The notes beneath the pieces are model-generated. The model made no database searches, was not told where the DNA came from, and saw only the letters and a list, made by a program, of their open reading frames with translations. Positions 29,027-38,730 of a DNA stretch of 64,000 nt are shown piece after piece. A program made the translations under genes and the position numbers. This stretch comes from an uncultured Ruminococcus sp. (GTDB lineage Bacteria > Bacillota > Clostridia > Oscillospirales > CAG-382): assembly GCA_964571635.1 (NCBI GenBank), contig CAZNCN010000003.1, positions 28,007-92,006 of the forward strand, written 5' to 3'. How positions within the stretch are numbered: the stretch's first letter is position 1; the number at the start of each line of letters is the position of its first letter.

Positions 29027-29953
29027 TTATTTCTGCGAAAGGTCGAGCAATGCCGCACCGATAAGTCCTGCCTCGTCGGCAAGCGCCGAGGTTTCGATCC
29101 TGCACGGAGTTTCACCTATCAGCTTGCGAAGCGGCGCAAGCAATGTGTCGCCCTCTTTGCTGACGCCGCCGCCGATGACAAGCATCTGAGGTCTGAACGC
29201 CTCTAAAATGTTGATTATGCCGACAGAAAGCATCTCGATATATTCGTCGAAAATATCCATCGCGACTCTGTCGCCTCGCTTCAATGCGGTAAACAGCGTT
29301 CTGCCGTCGATCTTGCCGCCGTTTTCGTTGACAACCTCGGCGAGCAAGCCATATGGAACAGCCATTACCTCCTGTGCGACACGCTGTGAAAGTGCCTTGG
29401 TCGAGGCAACGGTCTCCCAGCAGCCGACCCTGCCGCAGGGGCAGCGCTTGCCGTGAATATCAATGACCTGATGTCCGAGCTCGCCTGCGTGGTTCTCCTG
29501 CCCGTGCAGTATCTTGCCGTCGATGATTATTCCGCCACCGATGCCTGTGCCGAGCGTAACCATAACCATGTCGTGAAGTCCTTTGCCGTGACCCTCACAA
29601 AATTCGCCCCAGGCGGCGCAGTTTGCGTCGTTGTCGAGATAGGTCTTTATGCCGTATCTGTCCTCGAGCAGTATTTTAAAGCAGGTGTTTCTGACAGGCA
29701 GATTGCCTGCGCTGACAGCAGTGCCGGCAGCGACATCCGTCCTGCCCGGAACGCCGATGCCTATCGACGAGATCTCGCTTTTGCTTATGCCGCTTTCGGC
29801 AAAAAGTCTGTCGAGCGTCGCAAATACCGTGTCAACGAGCGCCTGCTCGCTCTTCATGCCTGCCGTAGCAGAGCGTTGCTTAAAGCTGACGGCAGCGCCG
29901 TCGACCAGTGCGGCGGTCATGGAAGTGCCGCCTATATCAATGCCAATCCTCAT
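29027..29953 (-). CDS. ROK-family sugar kinase (glucokinase-like)
   Basis: The ATP site is GIDIGGT and the ROK zinc motif is CPCGRVGCWE. Confidence 0.85.
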   Translation of the reverse strand: MRIGIDIGGTSMTAALVDGAAVSFKQRSATAGMKSEQALVDTVFATLDRLFAESGISKSEISSIGIGVPGRTDVAAGTAVSAGNLPVRNTCFKILLEDRYGIKTYLDNDANCAAWGEFCEGHGKGLHDMVMVTLGTGIGGGIIIDGKILHGQENHAGELGHQVIDIHGKRCPCGRVGCWETVASTKALSQRVAQEVMAVPYGLLAEVVNENGGKIDGRTLFTALKRGDRVAMDIFDEYIEMLSVGIINILEAFRPQMLVIGGGVSKEGDTLLAPLRKLIGETPCRIETSALADEAGLIGAALLDLSQK

Positions 29954-29962
29954 TTTTGCTGA

Positions 29963-31045
29963 TTATCCTCTGTATTTTTTGACTATCGCCTGCATAGCGC
30001 CTATTTTGCGCTCCATGTCGCTCACCAGCTTGATCTGAGTGCGTGCACGGTCGAGGTTCTGACCCTCGTAATGCAGAGAAAAATATTTGTCGCCGTCGAT
30101 GTGGTCTGCCAAAAAGCGCATACCGCATTCGAGCGTCATCATTATAGCACCTATCGGCAGCATATCGAGCTCGAGCTCTGTGAGCGATGAGCCCGCCTCA
30201 GAAATAAAGCCGTCGACGTATTCTTCAAAAAGGTCGAGCGACATAGACACCTTTGACAAGTCCTTTTCGTCCTCTGCGGCAGTCGAAGCACCAAATCTGA
30301 TGCTGTCGCCGAAATCATAAAGCACCGAGCCGGGCATGACCGTATCGAGATCGATGACGCAGATGCCCTCGTGCGTGTCGTTGTCTATCATGACGTTGTT
30401 GAGCTTGGTGTCGTTGTGCGTGACTCGCATAGGCAGTTCACCGCTGCCGAGCTTTGAAACTATCTTGCTGCAAAAATCCCTGCGTGCATAAAAGAAGCCA
30501 ACCTCGCCCAAACATTCGGAAAGTCTGCCCGAAGCATTTGCCATGACAGATGCTTCGAGATCACGCATACGCTTTGGCGTGTTGTGAAACATCGGTATGG
30601 TTTCGTGCAAGCGCTCTGCGGGAAAATCGCTGAGCAACGTTTGAAATCTGCCAAATGCCCTTGCCGAGCTCTTGAAAAGCCCCTTTATCTCTGCGGAATT
30701 ATAGCATGTGGCGTTAGAAATGCATATGTACATTCTATAAAACGCACCGTCGTTTTCAAAGAGATAGCCACCGTTTTTGAGAGGAACGAGCGTCATTGCC
30801 TCACGCTCTCTGTCGCCGCCACGCGCAAGAACGGTCTTGCCGAGGTGCTCTGTCACGGCGAGAATATTCTCGGTGAGCGCATACGGATCTTTAAAGATGC
30901 CGGTGTTGATTTTTTGCAGAATATAATCGGTGCCCATATCGCACGAGATCCTGTGAGTCTCGTTGATATGGCCCATGGTTATTTTTTGAATGTCTGTTAT
31001 ATTGCCCCTGATCTCAAAGGCGGATGCGATCGCTTTTAATTCCAT
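29963..31045 (-). CDS. nahK: N-acetylhexosamine 1-kinase (NahK/LnpB-like, APH fold)
   Basis: The start is at MELKAIAS. There is a long recalled match to Bifidobacterium NahK: RVTHNDTKLNN, IDLDTVMPGS, FDFGDSIRFGASTAAEDEKDLSKV, ECGMRFLAD and RTQIKLV. Confidence 0.8.
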   Translation of the reverse strand: MELKAIASAFEIRGNITDIQKITMGHINETHRISCDMGTDYILQKINTGIFKDPYALTENILAVTEHLGKTVLARGGDREREAMTLVPLKNGGYLFENDGAFYRMYICISNATCYNSAEIKGLFKSSARAFGRFQTLLSDFPAERLHETIPMFHNTPKRMRDLEASVMANASGRLSECLGEVGFFYARRDFCSKIVSKLGSGELPMRVTHNDTKLNNVMIDNDTHEGICVIDLDTVMPGSVLYDFGDSIRFGASTAAEDEKDLSKVSMSLDLFEEYVDGFISEAGSSLTELELDMLPIGAIMMTLECGMRFLADHIDGDKYFSLHYEGQNLDRARTQIKLVSDMERKIGAMQAIVKKYRG

Positions 31046-31929
31046 AATGCTTCGGGGTATGCTCCTTCCCTTTGTAATGCTTTGATGGCGTCGACAACAA
31101 TCGATCTGTCCTCGCGGTATGTCACGCCGAACCATTTTGCGTTTGTTTTTAACACCTTGACCGTTGCGCCGTTATCCATCTGCTCTCTGACTGCAGAGGG
31201 CAGATAATATTCGCACTTTGAGAGGTCGGCACGGTTTGCGTTCAGAAACGCCCGGAATCCGCTTTGCAGACTATCTGCAAAATCATGCGAAAAGCCCCAG
31301 CAGTTCATAGACACGACAGTTTCGCCGCTGACGGGATGTATATCGCCGTCATCCGTCCACGCCGCACCGTCGTCGGTCTTGATTATCTTGGTGCGCTCTG
31401 TAATGTCGGTCAAAAAGCCGCTGTCGTCAATATTGCATATACCGCGTGCGACAGAGCCGTTCTCTGTCAATGTGTTTTTGAGCACAAAGCCTGCCATGCA
31501 ATAGCGCATTTTTTCGTCGCTCTGCTTTAAGTGATTTGCTATCAATGCAAACGATTCTGCACCGTAAAAATCATCGGCGTTTATGGCGGCGAACTGCCCG
31601 TCTATATGTTCCTTTGCCGAGAGCACCGCATGTGCCGTGCCCCAGGGCTTGATTCTGCCGTCGGGAACGGCAAAGCCTTTCGGCAGGCTATCAACGCTCT
31701 GAAAAGCATATTCAACGGCGATCTGACCCTCAATGCGCTTGCCCACGGTATCTCTGAAAAGCTCATAGTTTTCTTTTTTAATGACAAAAACGACCTTTTC
31801 AAAGCCTGCCTTTATAGCATCGTATATCGAAAAGTCTATGATAAACTCACCGTTTTTGCCTATAGGATCGAGCTGCTTGAGCCCACCGTATCTGCTGCCC
31901 ATGCCGGCAGCCATGACTACCAATGTCAT
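31036..31929 (-). CDS. Sugar-1-phosphate nucleotidyltransferase (NTP_transferase family)
   Basis: The N-terminus is MAAGMGSRYGGLKQL. The gene overlaps the nahK start by 10 nt. Confidence 0.75.
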   Translation of the reverse strand: MTLVVMAAGMGSRYGGLKQLDPIGKNGEFIIDFSIYDAIKAGFEKVVFVIKKENYELFRDTVGKRIEGQIAVEYAFQSVDSLPKGFAVPDGRIKPWGTAHAVLSAKEHIDGQFAAINADDFYGAESFALIANHLKQSDEKMRYCMAGFVLKNTLTENGSVARGICNIDDSGFLTDITERTKIIKTDDGAAWTDDGDIHPVSGETVVSMNCWGFSHDFADSLQSGFRAFLNANRADLSKCEYYLPSAVREQMDNGATVKVLKTNAKWFGVTYREDRSIVVDAIKALQREGAYPEALWN

Positions 31930-32723
31930 TTTGTCTCTCCTCTGCCAATAAGATAACTGATCGGCGTTACGCCTGTTTCACGCTTGAATACAGTGTGAAA
32001 ATAATTGATGCTCGAAAATCCGAGCGCAAAAGCGACCTCCTTGATGCTTTCGCCATCCTGCAAAAGCTCGATCGCACGGCGTATCTTGAGCTTGTTGAAA
32101 TATTTCATAATGCCGATGTCACAATAGCGTGCGAACTTCTTTTTAAGCGTGCTCTCGCTCATATTGAGCTTTTTTGCCAGCTCGCTTAAGGTGATGTTGT
32201 ATGCAACATTGTCACGCATGACTTTAACAATCCTGCCAAATTCGCCGTCGGGCACAAGTGCCTCTGCCGCATCACGCACACAAAGCGACAGCAAAAAGTT
32301 CTCGAGTGCATTCTTTGCGACGTTTGATTTGATGCCGTCCGTACCCGAGATCACCTCTGAAACCTTGCGCTCTATTTCAATAAATTCATTTATCTGCTTT
32401 TGTGTGAGCTTAAACTGTCTGTTTTCAAACGCCTGCATCGCCTCACCGTGTGCGGCAAATGAAATGATCACGACCCTGTGCTCGCCCTCATCTGCCCAGA
32501 TCCTGTGAAACTCCATAGGCTTGTGAAACAGAATGTCACCCGACGACAATGCATATATACGCCCGTCGGCGGCAGCATTGGCCTGTCCCTCGACGACGCA
32601 GACCGCCTCCCAAAAATCGTGCATCTCACCGGTGAAATAAAACCCTGCGGGATGTACTGCGTCGAACGCAGTTATCGCCGCATCGACGCTCAAAACAGTT
32701 TCGAATGGTTTTAATTCGTACAC
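31926..32723 (-). CDS. AraC-family transcriptional regulator (cupin + HTH)
   Basis: The C-terminal AraC HTH is LAKKLNMSESTLKKKF...ALGFSSINYFHTVFKRETG. There is a 4-nt overlap with the downstream gene. Confidence 0.85.
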   Translation of the reverse strand: MYELKPFETVLSVDAAITAFDAVHPAGFYFTGEMHDFWEAVCVVEGQANAAADGRIYALSSGDILFHKPMEFHRIWADEGEHRVVIISFAAHGEAMQAFENRQFKLTQKQINEFIEIERKVSEVISGTDGIKSNVAKNALENFLLSLCVRDAAEALVPDGEFGRIVKVMRDNVAYNITLSELAKKLNMSESTLKKKFARYCDIGIMKYFNKLKIRRAIELLQDGESIKEVAFALGFSSINYFHTVFKRETGVTPISYLIGRGETK

Positions 32724-32851
32724 TTTTTTACCTCTTTCATAAAAATACCCAAAATCATAATAATAGTGACCCTTAGCGCATTTTAATTTAAAATTGGCTA
32801 TACTATAATTGTATCATAAGCGATATAAAAAGTAAAGAGGTACAAAAGAAA

Positions 32852-34075
32852 ATGGCAAAAAAAGTAAAGGCTTGTCTTATAGGACTCGGTGCTCGCGGCG
32901 AGTTTATGCTCAAAAACGTTTTTGTATTGATGATAAAGCAGGATATGCTCGACATAGTTTCTGTCTGCGACACCTATGACGACAGAATGCAGATGGCTGC
33001 GGATGTTATCGAGGAGGCTTCGGGCAAGCGTCCTGTCTGCAGCAGCGATTATAAGACCGCACTTGCCGCAGGCGTCGACTGCTGCATGATACTTTCGGCG
33101 TGGGAATCACACGTTGAGATCGCTCTCTATTGCATGGAGCGTGGCATCAAGGTCGGCACAGAGGTCGGCGGTGCATACAACATCGGCGACTGCTTTAGGC
33201 TCGTCGACGCTTATGAACGCACAGGCATTCAGTGCATGATGCTCGAGAACTGCTGCTATGGCAGGCGCGAGCTCATGGTTCTCAATATGGTCAAAAAAGG
33301 CTTTTTGGGACGTGTCGTCCATTGCTCGGGCGGATATATGCACGACCTCAGATATGAGATCGCCGACGGCAAAGAGAACCGCCACTACAGACTGCGCAAT
33401 TATCTCAACCGCTGCTGCGAAAACTATCCCACGCACGAGCTCGGCCCTATCATGAGCGTGCTCGACATCAACCACGGCAACAGGCTTATGACCCTGACCT
33501 CAGTCGCATCCTGCTCGGCAGGTATGAATGAATATCTCACGGCAAAGGGCTCGTATCTCGCAGACCGCCATTTCAACCAGGGCGATATAGTCACCACCAC
33601 CATCAAGTGCGCAGGCGGCGAAACGATAGTCCTCACGCTCGACACCACATTGCCCAGAGTCTATTCCCGCGGCTTCACGGTCAGAGGAACAAAGGGAATG
33701 TATAACCAGGATGCCGACTATGTATACGTTGACGGCAAGCCCGAGGATCCCATCACCACGCTCGCGGGCAACGCCAAGGAATACGAGGAAGAATTTGAGC
33801 ACCCCATCTGGCAGGAATACCGCAAGAACCCCATCGGCGGTCACGACGGCATGGACTGGCTCGTATACAACGCATTTCTCGATTATGTCGCAAACGACAG
33901 CTATCCCCCCATCGACACTTATGACACGGCAACTATGATGAGCATCTCGCTGCTTTCCGAGCAGTCGATCGCCACCGGCGGAATGCCGCAGGCAATACCC
34001 GACTTTACATCGGGCAAATGGCTCATCCGCACCGAGACACCCGTCGTCAGCACAAATCCGTATACACTCAGATAG
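32852..34075 (+). CDS. Gfo/Idh/MocA-family NAD-dependent enzyme, GH109 (alpha-N-acetylgalactosaminidase)-like
   Basis: It has an N-terminal Rossmann motif, LIGLGARG. Its 407-aa length and its position divergent from the HexNAc operon fit the family. The GH109 assignment is an inference. Confidence 0.55.
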   Translation: MAKKVKACLIGLGARGEFMLKNVFVLMIKQDMLDIVSVCDTYDDRMQMAADVIEEASGKRPVCSSDYKTALAAGVDCCMILSAWESHVEIALYCMERGIKVGTEVGGAYNIGDCFRLVDAYERTGIQCMMLENCCYGRRELMVLNMVKKGFLGRVVHCSGGYMHDLRYEIADGKENRHYRLRNYLNRCCENYPTHELGPIMSVLDINHGNRLMTLTSVASCSAGMNEYLTAKGSYLADRHFNQGDIVTTTIKCAGGETIVLTLDTTLPRVYSRGFTVRGTKGMYNQDADYVYVDGKPEDPITTLAGNAKEYEEEFEHPIWQEYRKNPIGGHDGMDWLVYNAFLDYVANDSYPPIDTYDTATMMSISLLSEQSIATGGMPQAIPDFTSGKWLIRTETPVVSTNPYTLR

Positions 34076-34207
34076 CATACACAAGGCGCTTTGGCAGTTC
34101 CAAGGCGCCTTATTTTTTGTGCATAGGCAAAAAAACGCAAAAAGGCTATTGACAAATCGCCCCATGTATGCTTTAATGTAAACAATGTTTACTTAAAGGA
34201 CACGGCA

Positions 34208-34783
34208 ATGCGTACCCCAAACCAACAAACCAAAACCAAATTCATACTCGCCGCGATAGAAGAGATGAAGCGACACGGCATATCCGACTTTTCGGTCAGG
34301 CGTGTTGCAGAGCTTTGCGGCACGTCGCCTGCTGCGCCATACAGACATTTCGGTGACAAAAACGGGCTCATCATCGCTGTATTCGAGTTTGTTAACGAGA
34401 GTTGGCGCGAGCGGCTCTCAGAGGTTCTCGCGAGCCTCGACAGCGACGACCCGAGATTGCAATTGACAGAGATCTCGATGGCGAACATCAGATTTATGTG
34501 CGACCATCCCGATTATCAGACTATTCTCGCCATCAACGACAGCTCGATGTCGCCCGAGCAATTAAAGGTCAAAGCGGGCATAACCACCGCCACGCAAGAG
34601 ATAATAACCAGATATTGCGAGTCGGTCGGTATGAGCGAGGACGACCGCGCACGCAAGACCTATGTCGTCAGATCACTGATGTTCGGTGCGGCGCTGATGA
34701 TAAACTCCGGCTATATGCCCTATGACGAAACCACCCTCGGTTATGCTCGCACCTGCATAGCGCGCGAGTTTGACCTTGAATAA
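34208..34783 (+). CDS. TetR-family transcriptional regulator
   Basis: The N-terminal HTH is FSVRRVAELCGTSPAAPYRHF. Confidence 0.85.
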   Translation: MRTPNQQTKTKFILAAIEEMKRHGISDFSVRRVAELCGTSPAAPYRHFGDKNGLIIAVFEFVNESWRERLSEVLASLDSDDPRLQLTEISMANIRFMCDHPDYQTILAINDSSMSPEQLKVKAGITTATQEIITRYCESVGMSEDDRARKTYVVRSLMFGAALMINSGYMPYDETTLGYARTCIAREFDLE

Positions 34784-34810
34784 ATCCTATTATATATAAG
34801 AGAGGCTAAT

Positions 34811-36454
34811 ATGCTCAACAAGAAAAACTATGAACCGCAAAAATTCGATTCTATACGTCATATGATGCAGCTCGCGGTCGAGCAGGCAGGCGACAAGGTC
34901 GCCTACATGTGGCGCGGCAGCGACGGCAGTGACAACAGTGTCACTTTCTCGGAATTTTATGACACCACCGAAAACCTCGGTGCGATGCTCACCAAGCTCG
35001 GCTATGGCAGCGCACACATCGCCTGCCTCGGCGAAAACAGCTATGATTGGATCTGCGTCTATCTGACAGCACTTAAGTCGGCAGGTGTTTTTGTGCCTAT
35101 CGACAAAGAGCTGCCCTCCTCAGGCAAGCTCCACGTACTCACCGACGGCGAAGCCGAGGTACTGTTCTTCAGCGGCAAGTATGAAAAATGGGTGCGTGAA
35201 AATATGGCGAACCTCCCCGGCATCTCGCTTTTCGTCTGCTTCGGCACAGAAGAGGATGACGGCAATATTCTTTCATACAAAAAGATGATAAGTGACGGCG
35301 CTTCGCTCGACAAGTCAGATTATGACGCATTAAAGGGCGATTATGACGACCTCAAGCTGCTGGTCTACACCTCCGGCACGACAGGCATCGCAAAAGGCGT
35401 TATGCTCACCGAGCACAACATCTGCTCACTCATCTATAACGGACTCAAGGTCAGCCAGGTATACGAGCGTGGACTTTCTGTCCTGCCCTATCACCACACA
35501 TATGAAGCGGTCTGCGACATACTCGTTTCGATACACTATCATTCGACGCTCTGCATCAACCGCTCACTGCGCGACATAGTCAAAGATCTGCAGTACTACA
35601 AGCCTCAATATGTCTATCTCGTGCCTGCTATCGCAGAGTTTATGTACGCAAGCATTCTCAACGGCATAAAAGAGCAGGGCAAAGAAGAAAAGCTCAAAAA
35701 AGGCCTCAAGATCTCAAGCAACCTGCTCGCAATCGGTATTGACGTTCGCAGGATGCTGTTTAAGGATCTGCACGAAATATTCGGCGGCAACCTCATCAAA
35801 ATAGTCTGCGGCGGTGCACCTATCAGACCCGAGATGGGCAGATTCTTTGCCAGCATCGGAATATATCTCACAGGCGGATATGGCATAACCGAGTGTTCAC
35901 CGCTCGTTGCAGTCAACCACGAGCGCACCATCAACCACGATACCGCAGGCCACCGCCTGCCCTGCATCGACTGGCGCATCGACGATCCCGATGCCGACGG
36001 CATCGGTGAGATCTGTGTCAAGGGCGAAACAGTCATGAAGGGCTATTATAAGCAGCCCGACAAGACCGCCGAGGTCATCATTGACGGCTGGTTCCACACG
36101 GGCGACTATGGCTATATCACCCCCGACGATCAGATCGTTATTACAGGCCGCAAAAAGAACATCATAGTTCTCTCAAACGGCAAGAACATCTATCCCGAGG
36201 AGATAGAGAACTATATCCAGAACCTGCCCGAGGTCAAAGAGGTCGTCGTCAGAGGCATCAAGAACGACAAGGGCAACGAAACCGGACTTATGGCCGAGGT
36301 CTGCCTCGCCGACAAGGTCGAGATAAGCGAAAGCGAGCTTTTGCGCATCATACAAAAGGCACTCTCTGAGCTGCCCTCGTATAAGGTCGTCAAGCAGGTC
36401 GTCATCCGTGACACTCCGTTTGAAAAGACCTCAACCAACAAGATAAAGAGATAA
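34811..36454 (+). CDS. Long-chain-fatty-acid--CoA ligase (AMP-binding)
   Basis: Adenylation motifs YTSGTTGIAKGV, GYGITE and HTGD are present, with a C-terminal NKIKR. Confidence 0.85.
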   Translation: MLNKKNYEPQKFDSIRHMMQLAVEQAGDKVAYMWRGSDGSDNSVTFSEFYDTTENLGAMLTKLGYGSAHIACLGENSYDWICVYLTALKSAGVFVPIDKELPSSGKLHVLTDGEAEVLFFSGKYEKWVRENMANLPGISLFVCFGTEEDDGNILSYKKMISDGASLDKSDYDALKGDYDDLKLLVYTSGTTGIAKGVMLTEHNICSLIYNGLKVSQVYERGLSVLPYHHTYEAVCDILVSIHYHSTLCINRSLRDIVKDLQYYKPQYVYLVPAIAEFMYASILNGIKEQGKEEKLKKGLKISSNLLAIGIDVRRMLFKDLHEIFGGNLIKIVCGGAPIRPEMGRFFASIGIYLTGGYGITECSPLVAVNHERTINHDTAGHRLPCIDWRIDDPDADGIGEICVKGETVMKGYYKQPDKTAEVIIDGWFHTGDYGYITPDDQIVITGRKKNIIVLSNGKNIYPEEIENYIQNLPEVKEVVVRGIKNDKGNETGLMAEVCLADKVEISESELLRIIQKALSELPSYKVVKQVVIRDTPFEKTSTNKIKR

Positions 36455-36473
36455 AAGCCAAATACAGCAAAAA

Positions 36474-36507
36474 AGCTCCTGCGCGATGCAAAACGCGGGA
36501 GCTTTTT
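36474..36507 (+). terminator. Intrinsic terminator after the acyl-CoA ligase
   Basis: AGCTCCTGCG/CGCGGGAGCT stem followed by TTTTT. Confidence 0.7.
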
Positions 36508-36557
36508 CTGTTTTGCCCAAGCCCTTTTCGGCAAAGGCACTGTATAGCTAAAAGCTG

Positions 36558-36755
36558 TTATTTGCCTGAGCGCATAGCGTTCTCGGCGTTCTCGATCATC
36601 TTCTTGACCATGTGGCCGCCGACCGAGCCTGCCTGCTTTGCAGTCAGATCGCCGTTATAGCCCTGCTTAAGATTGACGCCGACTTCGGTTGCGGCTTCCA
36701 TCTTAAACTTCTCGAGAGCAGCCTTTGCTTCGGGAACAAGACCCTTGTTTGCCAT
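36558..36755 (-). CDS. Alpha/beta-type small acid-soluble spore protein
   Basis: The product reads MANKGLVPEAKAALEKFKMEAATEVGV...AKQAGSVGGHMVKKM. The start is ambiguous because a TTG lies 9 nt upstream. Confidence 0.85.
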   Translation of the reverse strand: MANKGLVPEAKAALEKFKMEAATEVGVNLKQGYNGDLTAKQAGSVGGHMVKKMIENAENAMRSGK

Positions 36756-37130
36756 AAAAATCAAATATCTCCTTTTCGTTTTTGAGGCGTTTTGTTTCCT
36801 CGCTCATATTTTGCGCAAAGATGCAAAAAATATAGCTGCCAATTTTTGTATGTCGCAAAAATCACAACAGGCATCTCACAAAAAGAGAAATGCAGCGTCA
36901 TGCAAATGCGTTGACAATTCCCTTAATTCTCGATGTAACTTAAGGGAAACGGGACTGTGGTAATGGCAACAAAGAGAGTGTTCGATATTTTAGCAGGCAA
37001 GCAGATAAAATGCCGATTTGTCAAGCATCATAAAGCACTTACTGCGGAAACTGCTTTTGTTTGCCAAAAGAATGAAGAGCATATGTGACAGTGCAAATTC
37101 CATCTTTCTAAAAAAAGTGCAAAAAAGTGC

Positions 37131-37160
37131 TTGACAAAAGGGTATGTTATGTGTTATTAT
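37131..37160 (+). promoter_or_regulatory. Sigma-A promoter for tRNA-Glu
   Basis: TTGACA, 18-nt spacer, TATTAT, with TGt at the extended -10 position. Confidence 0.5.
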
Positions 37161-37179
37161 AATCCTCGCAAACCGCAAT

Positions 37180-37251
37180 GGCCTTTTAGTCAAGTGGCTA
37201 AGACGTCGCCCTCTCACGGCGAAGGCAGGGGTTCGACTCCCCTAAAGGTCA
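37180..37251 (+). tRNA. tRNA-Glu (anticodon CUC)
   Basis: A manual cloverleaf gives acceptor GGCCTTT/AAAGGTC, anticodon stem TCGCC/GGCGA with loop CTCTCAC, and T arm AGGGG-TTCGACT-CCCCT. No CCA is encoded. Confidence 0.85.
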
Positions 37252-37262
37252 ATCAAGCAGAT

Positions 37263-37294
37263 CCGCTGCAGCCTTTGGCTACAGCGGTTTTTTG
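37263..37294 (+). terminator. Intrinsic terminator after tRNA-Glu
   Basis: CCGCTGCAGCC/GGCTACAGCGG stem (one mismatch) followed by TTTTTT. Confidence 0.75.
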
Positions 37295-37325
37295 TTTACA
37301 TCGATATATTTGTATAAAAATCATA

Positions 37326-37354
37326 TTGCAAACAAGGCGACTCGGTAGTATAAT
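37326..37354 (+). promoter_or_regulatory. Sigma-A promoter for lysC
   Basis: TTGCAA, 17-nt spacer, TATAAT. Confidence 0.55.
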
Positions 37355-37401
37355 ATAAAATAGAGATATTTTTAAAGTTATATTTTTTCGGAGGCTTTTA
37401 A

Positions 37402-38730
37402 ATGGTTCCGTATTACGATCTTAAAGCAGTTAAATTCGGTGGCAGCTCTTTGGCTTCTGCCGAGCAGATAATAAAATGCGCAAACATAATCAAAAGCGAC
37501 AGGGCAAGGCGCTTTATCATTCCTTCTGCGCCGGGCAAACGCTTTGATGGCGACGAAAAGATAACCGACCTTTTGATAAAATGCCACAGGCTTGCCGTTC
37601 AAAAGAATGACATTTCAGAAATTTTCGGGCGCATCGCCGACAGATACCGCGAGATAATCAAGGGGCTCAGGCTGGAGCTCAACATAGAGCAGGAGCTCGA
37701 GACCGTCAAAGCCGACATAGAGGGCGGCGCAACGCTCGATTATGCCGCAAGCCGCGGAGAATATCTCTGCGGGCTCGTGCTTTCAAAATTGCTGGGCTTC
37801 ACCTTTGTTGACCCAAAGGGACTTATCATATTTGACGAAAACGGCGTTTTTCTTGCAAAAGAGACCAACACCTTGCTTTCGGCAAGGCTTTCGGAGCTCG
37901 AAAATGCCGTCATACCGGGTTTTTACGGCAGCACTGAGTCGGGCGAGATAAAGACCTTCAGCAGAGGCGGCAGCGACATCACGGGTGCGATAGTTGCGCG
38001 TGCGATAGATGCAGACCTTTATGAAAACTGGACGGACGTTTCGGGATTTTTGATGTGCGACCCGCATATCGTCAAGGATCCGAAACCCATCAAGAGCGTC
38101 ACCTATCGCGAATTGCGCGAGCTGTCATACATGGGTGCGACAGTATTGCACGAGGATTCTGTTTTTCCTGTCAAATTGGCAGGCATTCCCATAAACATAC
38201 GCAACACAAACTCGCCTCAGGACCCGGGTACGATGATAGTTCCGTCGGCAGGCCCGTCTGTTCCGCGCGACACGATAACAGGCATTGCGGGCAAAAAGCA
38301 CCTCGCAGTCATACGCATCGAAAAAGATCGCATGAATCAGGAGATCGGCTTTGGCGCAAAGGTACTTTCGGTATTTTCAGACCGCGGGCTGTCGTTCGAG
38401 CATCTCCCGTCGGGCATCGACACTATGTGCGTTGTCATATCCGAGGACGAGGTCGAAGGCAAAGAGCGTGAGGTCATGACTGCCATAACAAAGGCGGTCA
38501 ATCCTGACAGCATCGTGATGGAAAAAGGTCTTGCGCTGGTCGCGGTCGTCGGCAGAGGCATGATCAATGCACCCGGCACGGCATCACGCATATTCACCGC
38601 CATAGCGAGAGAAAATATCAACATTCGCATGATAGACCAAGGCTCGAGCGAGCTGAACATAATCATAGGCGTTGACCAGGAGGAGTTCGAGGTTGCAGTG
38701 CGTGCTATATATAAGGAATTTTTTGCATGA
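37402..38730 (+). CDS. lysC: Aspartate kinase
   Basis: The N-terminus is KFGGSSLAS, followed by an amino-acid kinase fold pattern and C-terminal tandem ACT-like regions. Confidence 0.9.
   Translation: MVPYYDLKAVKFGGSSLASAEQIIKCANIIKSDRARRFIIPSAPGKRFDGDEKITDLLIKCHRLAVQKNDISEIFGRIADRYREIIKGLRLELNIEQELETVKADIEGGATLDYAASRGEYLCGLVLSKLLGFTFVDPKGLIIFDENGVFLAKETNTLLSARLSELENAVIPGFYGSTESGEIKTFSRGGSDITGAIVARAIDADLYENWTDVSGFLMCDPHIVKDPKPIKSVTYRELRELSYMGATVLHEDSVFPVKLAGIPINIRNTNSPQDPGTMIVPSAGPSVPRDTITGIAGKKHLAVIRIEKDRMNQEIGFGAKVLSVFSDRGLSFEHLPSGIDTMCVVISEDEVEGKEREVMTAITKAVNPDSIVMEKGLALVAVVGRGMINAPGTASRIFTAIARENINIRMIDQGSSELNIIIGVDQEEFEVAVRAIYKEFFA

Noticed and set aside
36756-36860. I looked for a sigma-G type forespore promoter upstream of the SASP gene.
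   Set aside because: CAAAATA and GCATC-like elements are present, but I could not make their spacing fit the consensus with confidence, so I make no call.
37111-37130. A tandem 10-mer, AAAAAAGTGC x2, just upstream of the tRNA-Glu -35 element.
   Set aside because: There are only two copies in an A-rich UP-element-like context. This is too little to call a repeat or operator.
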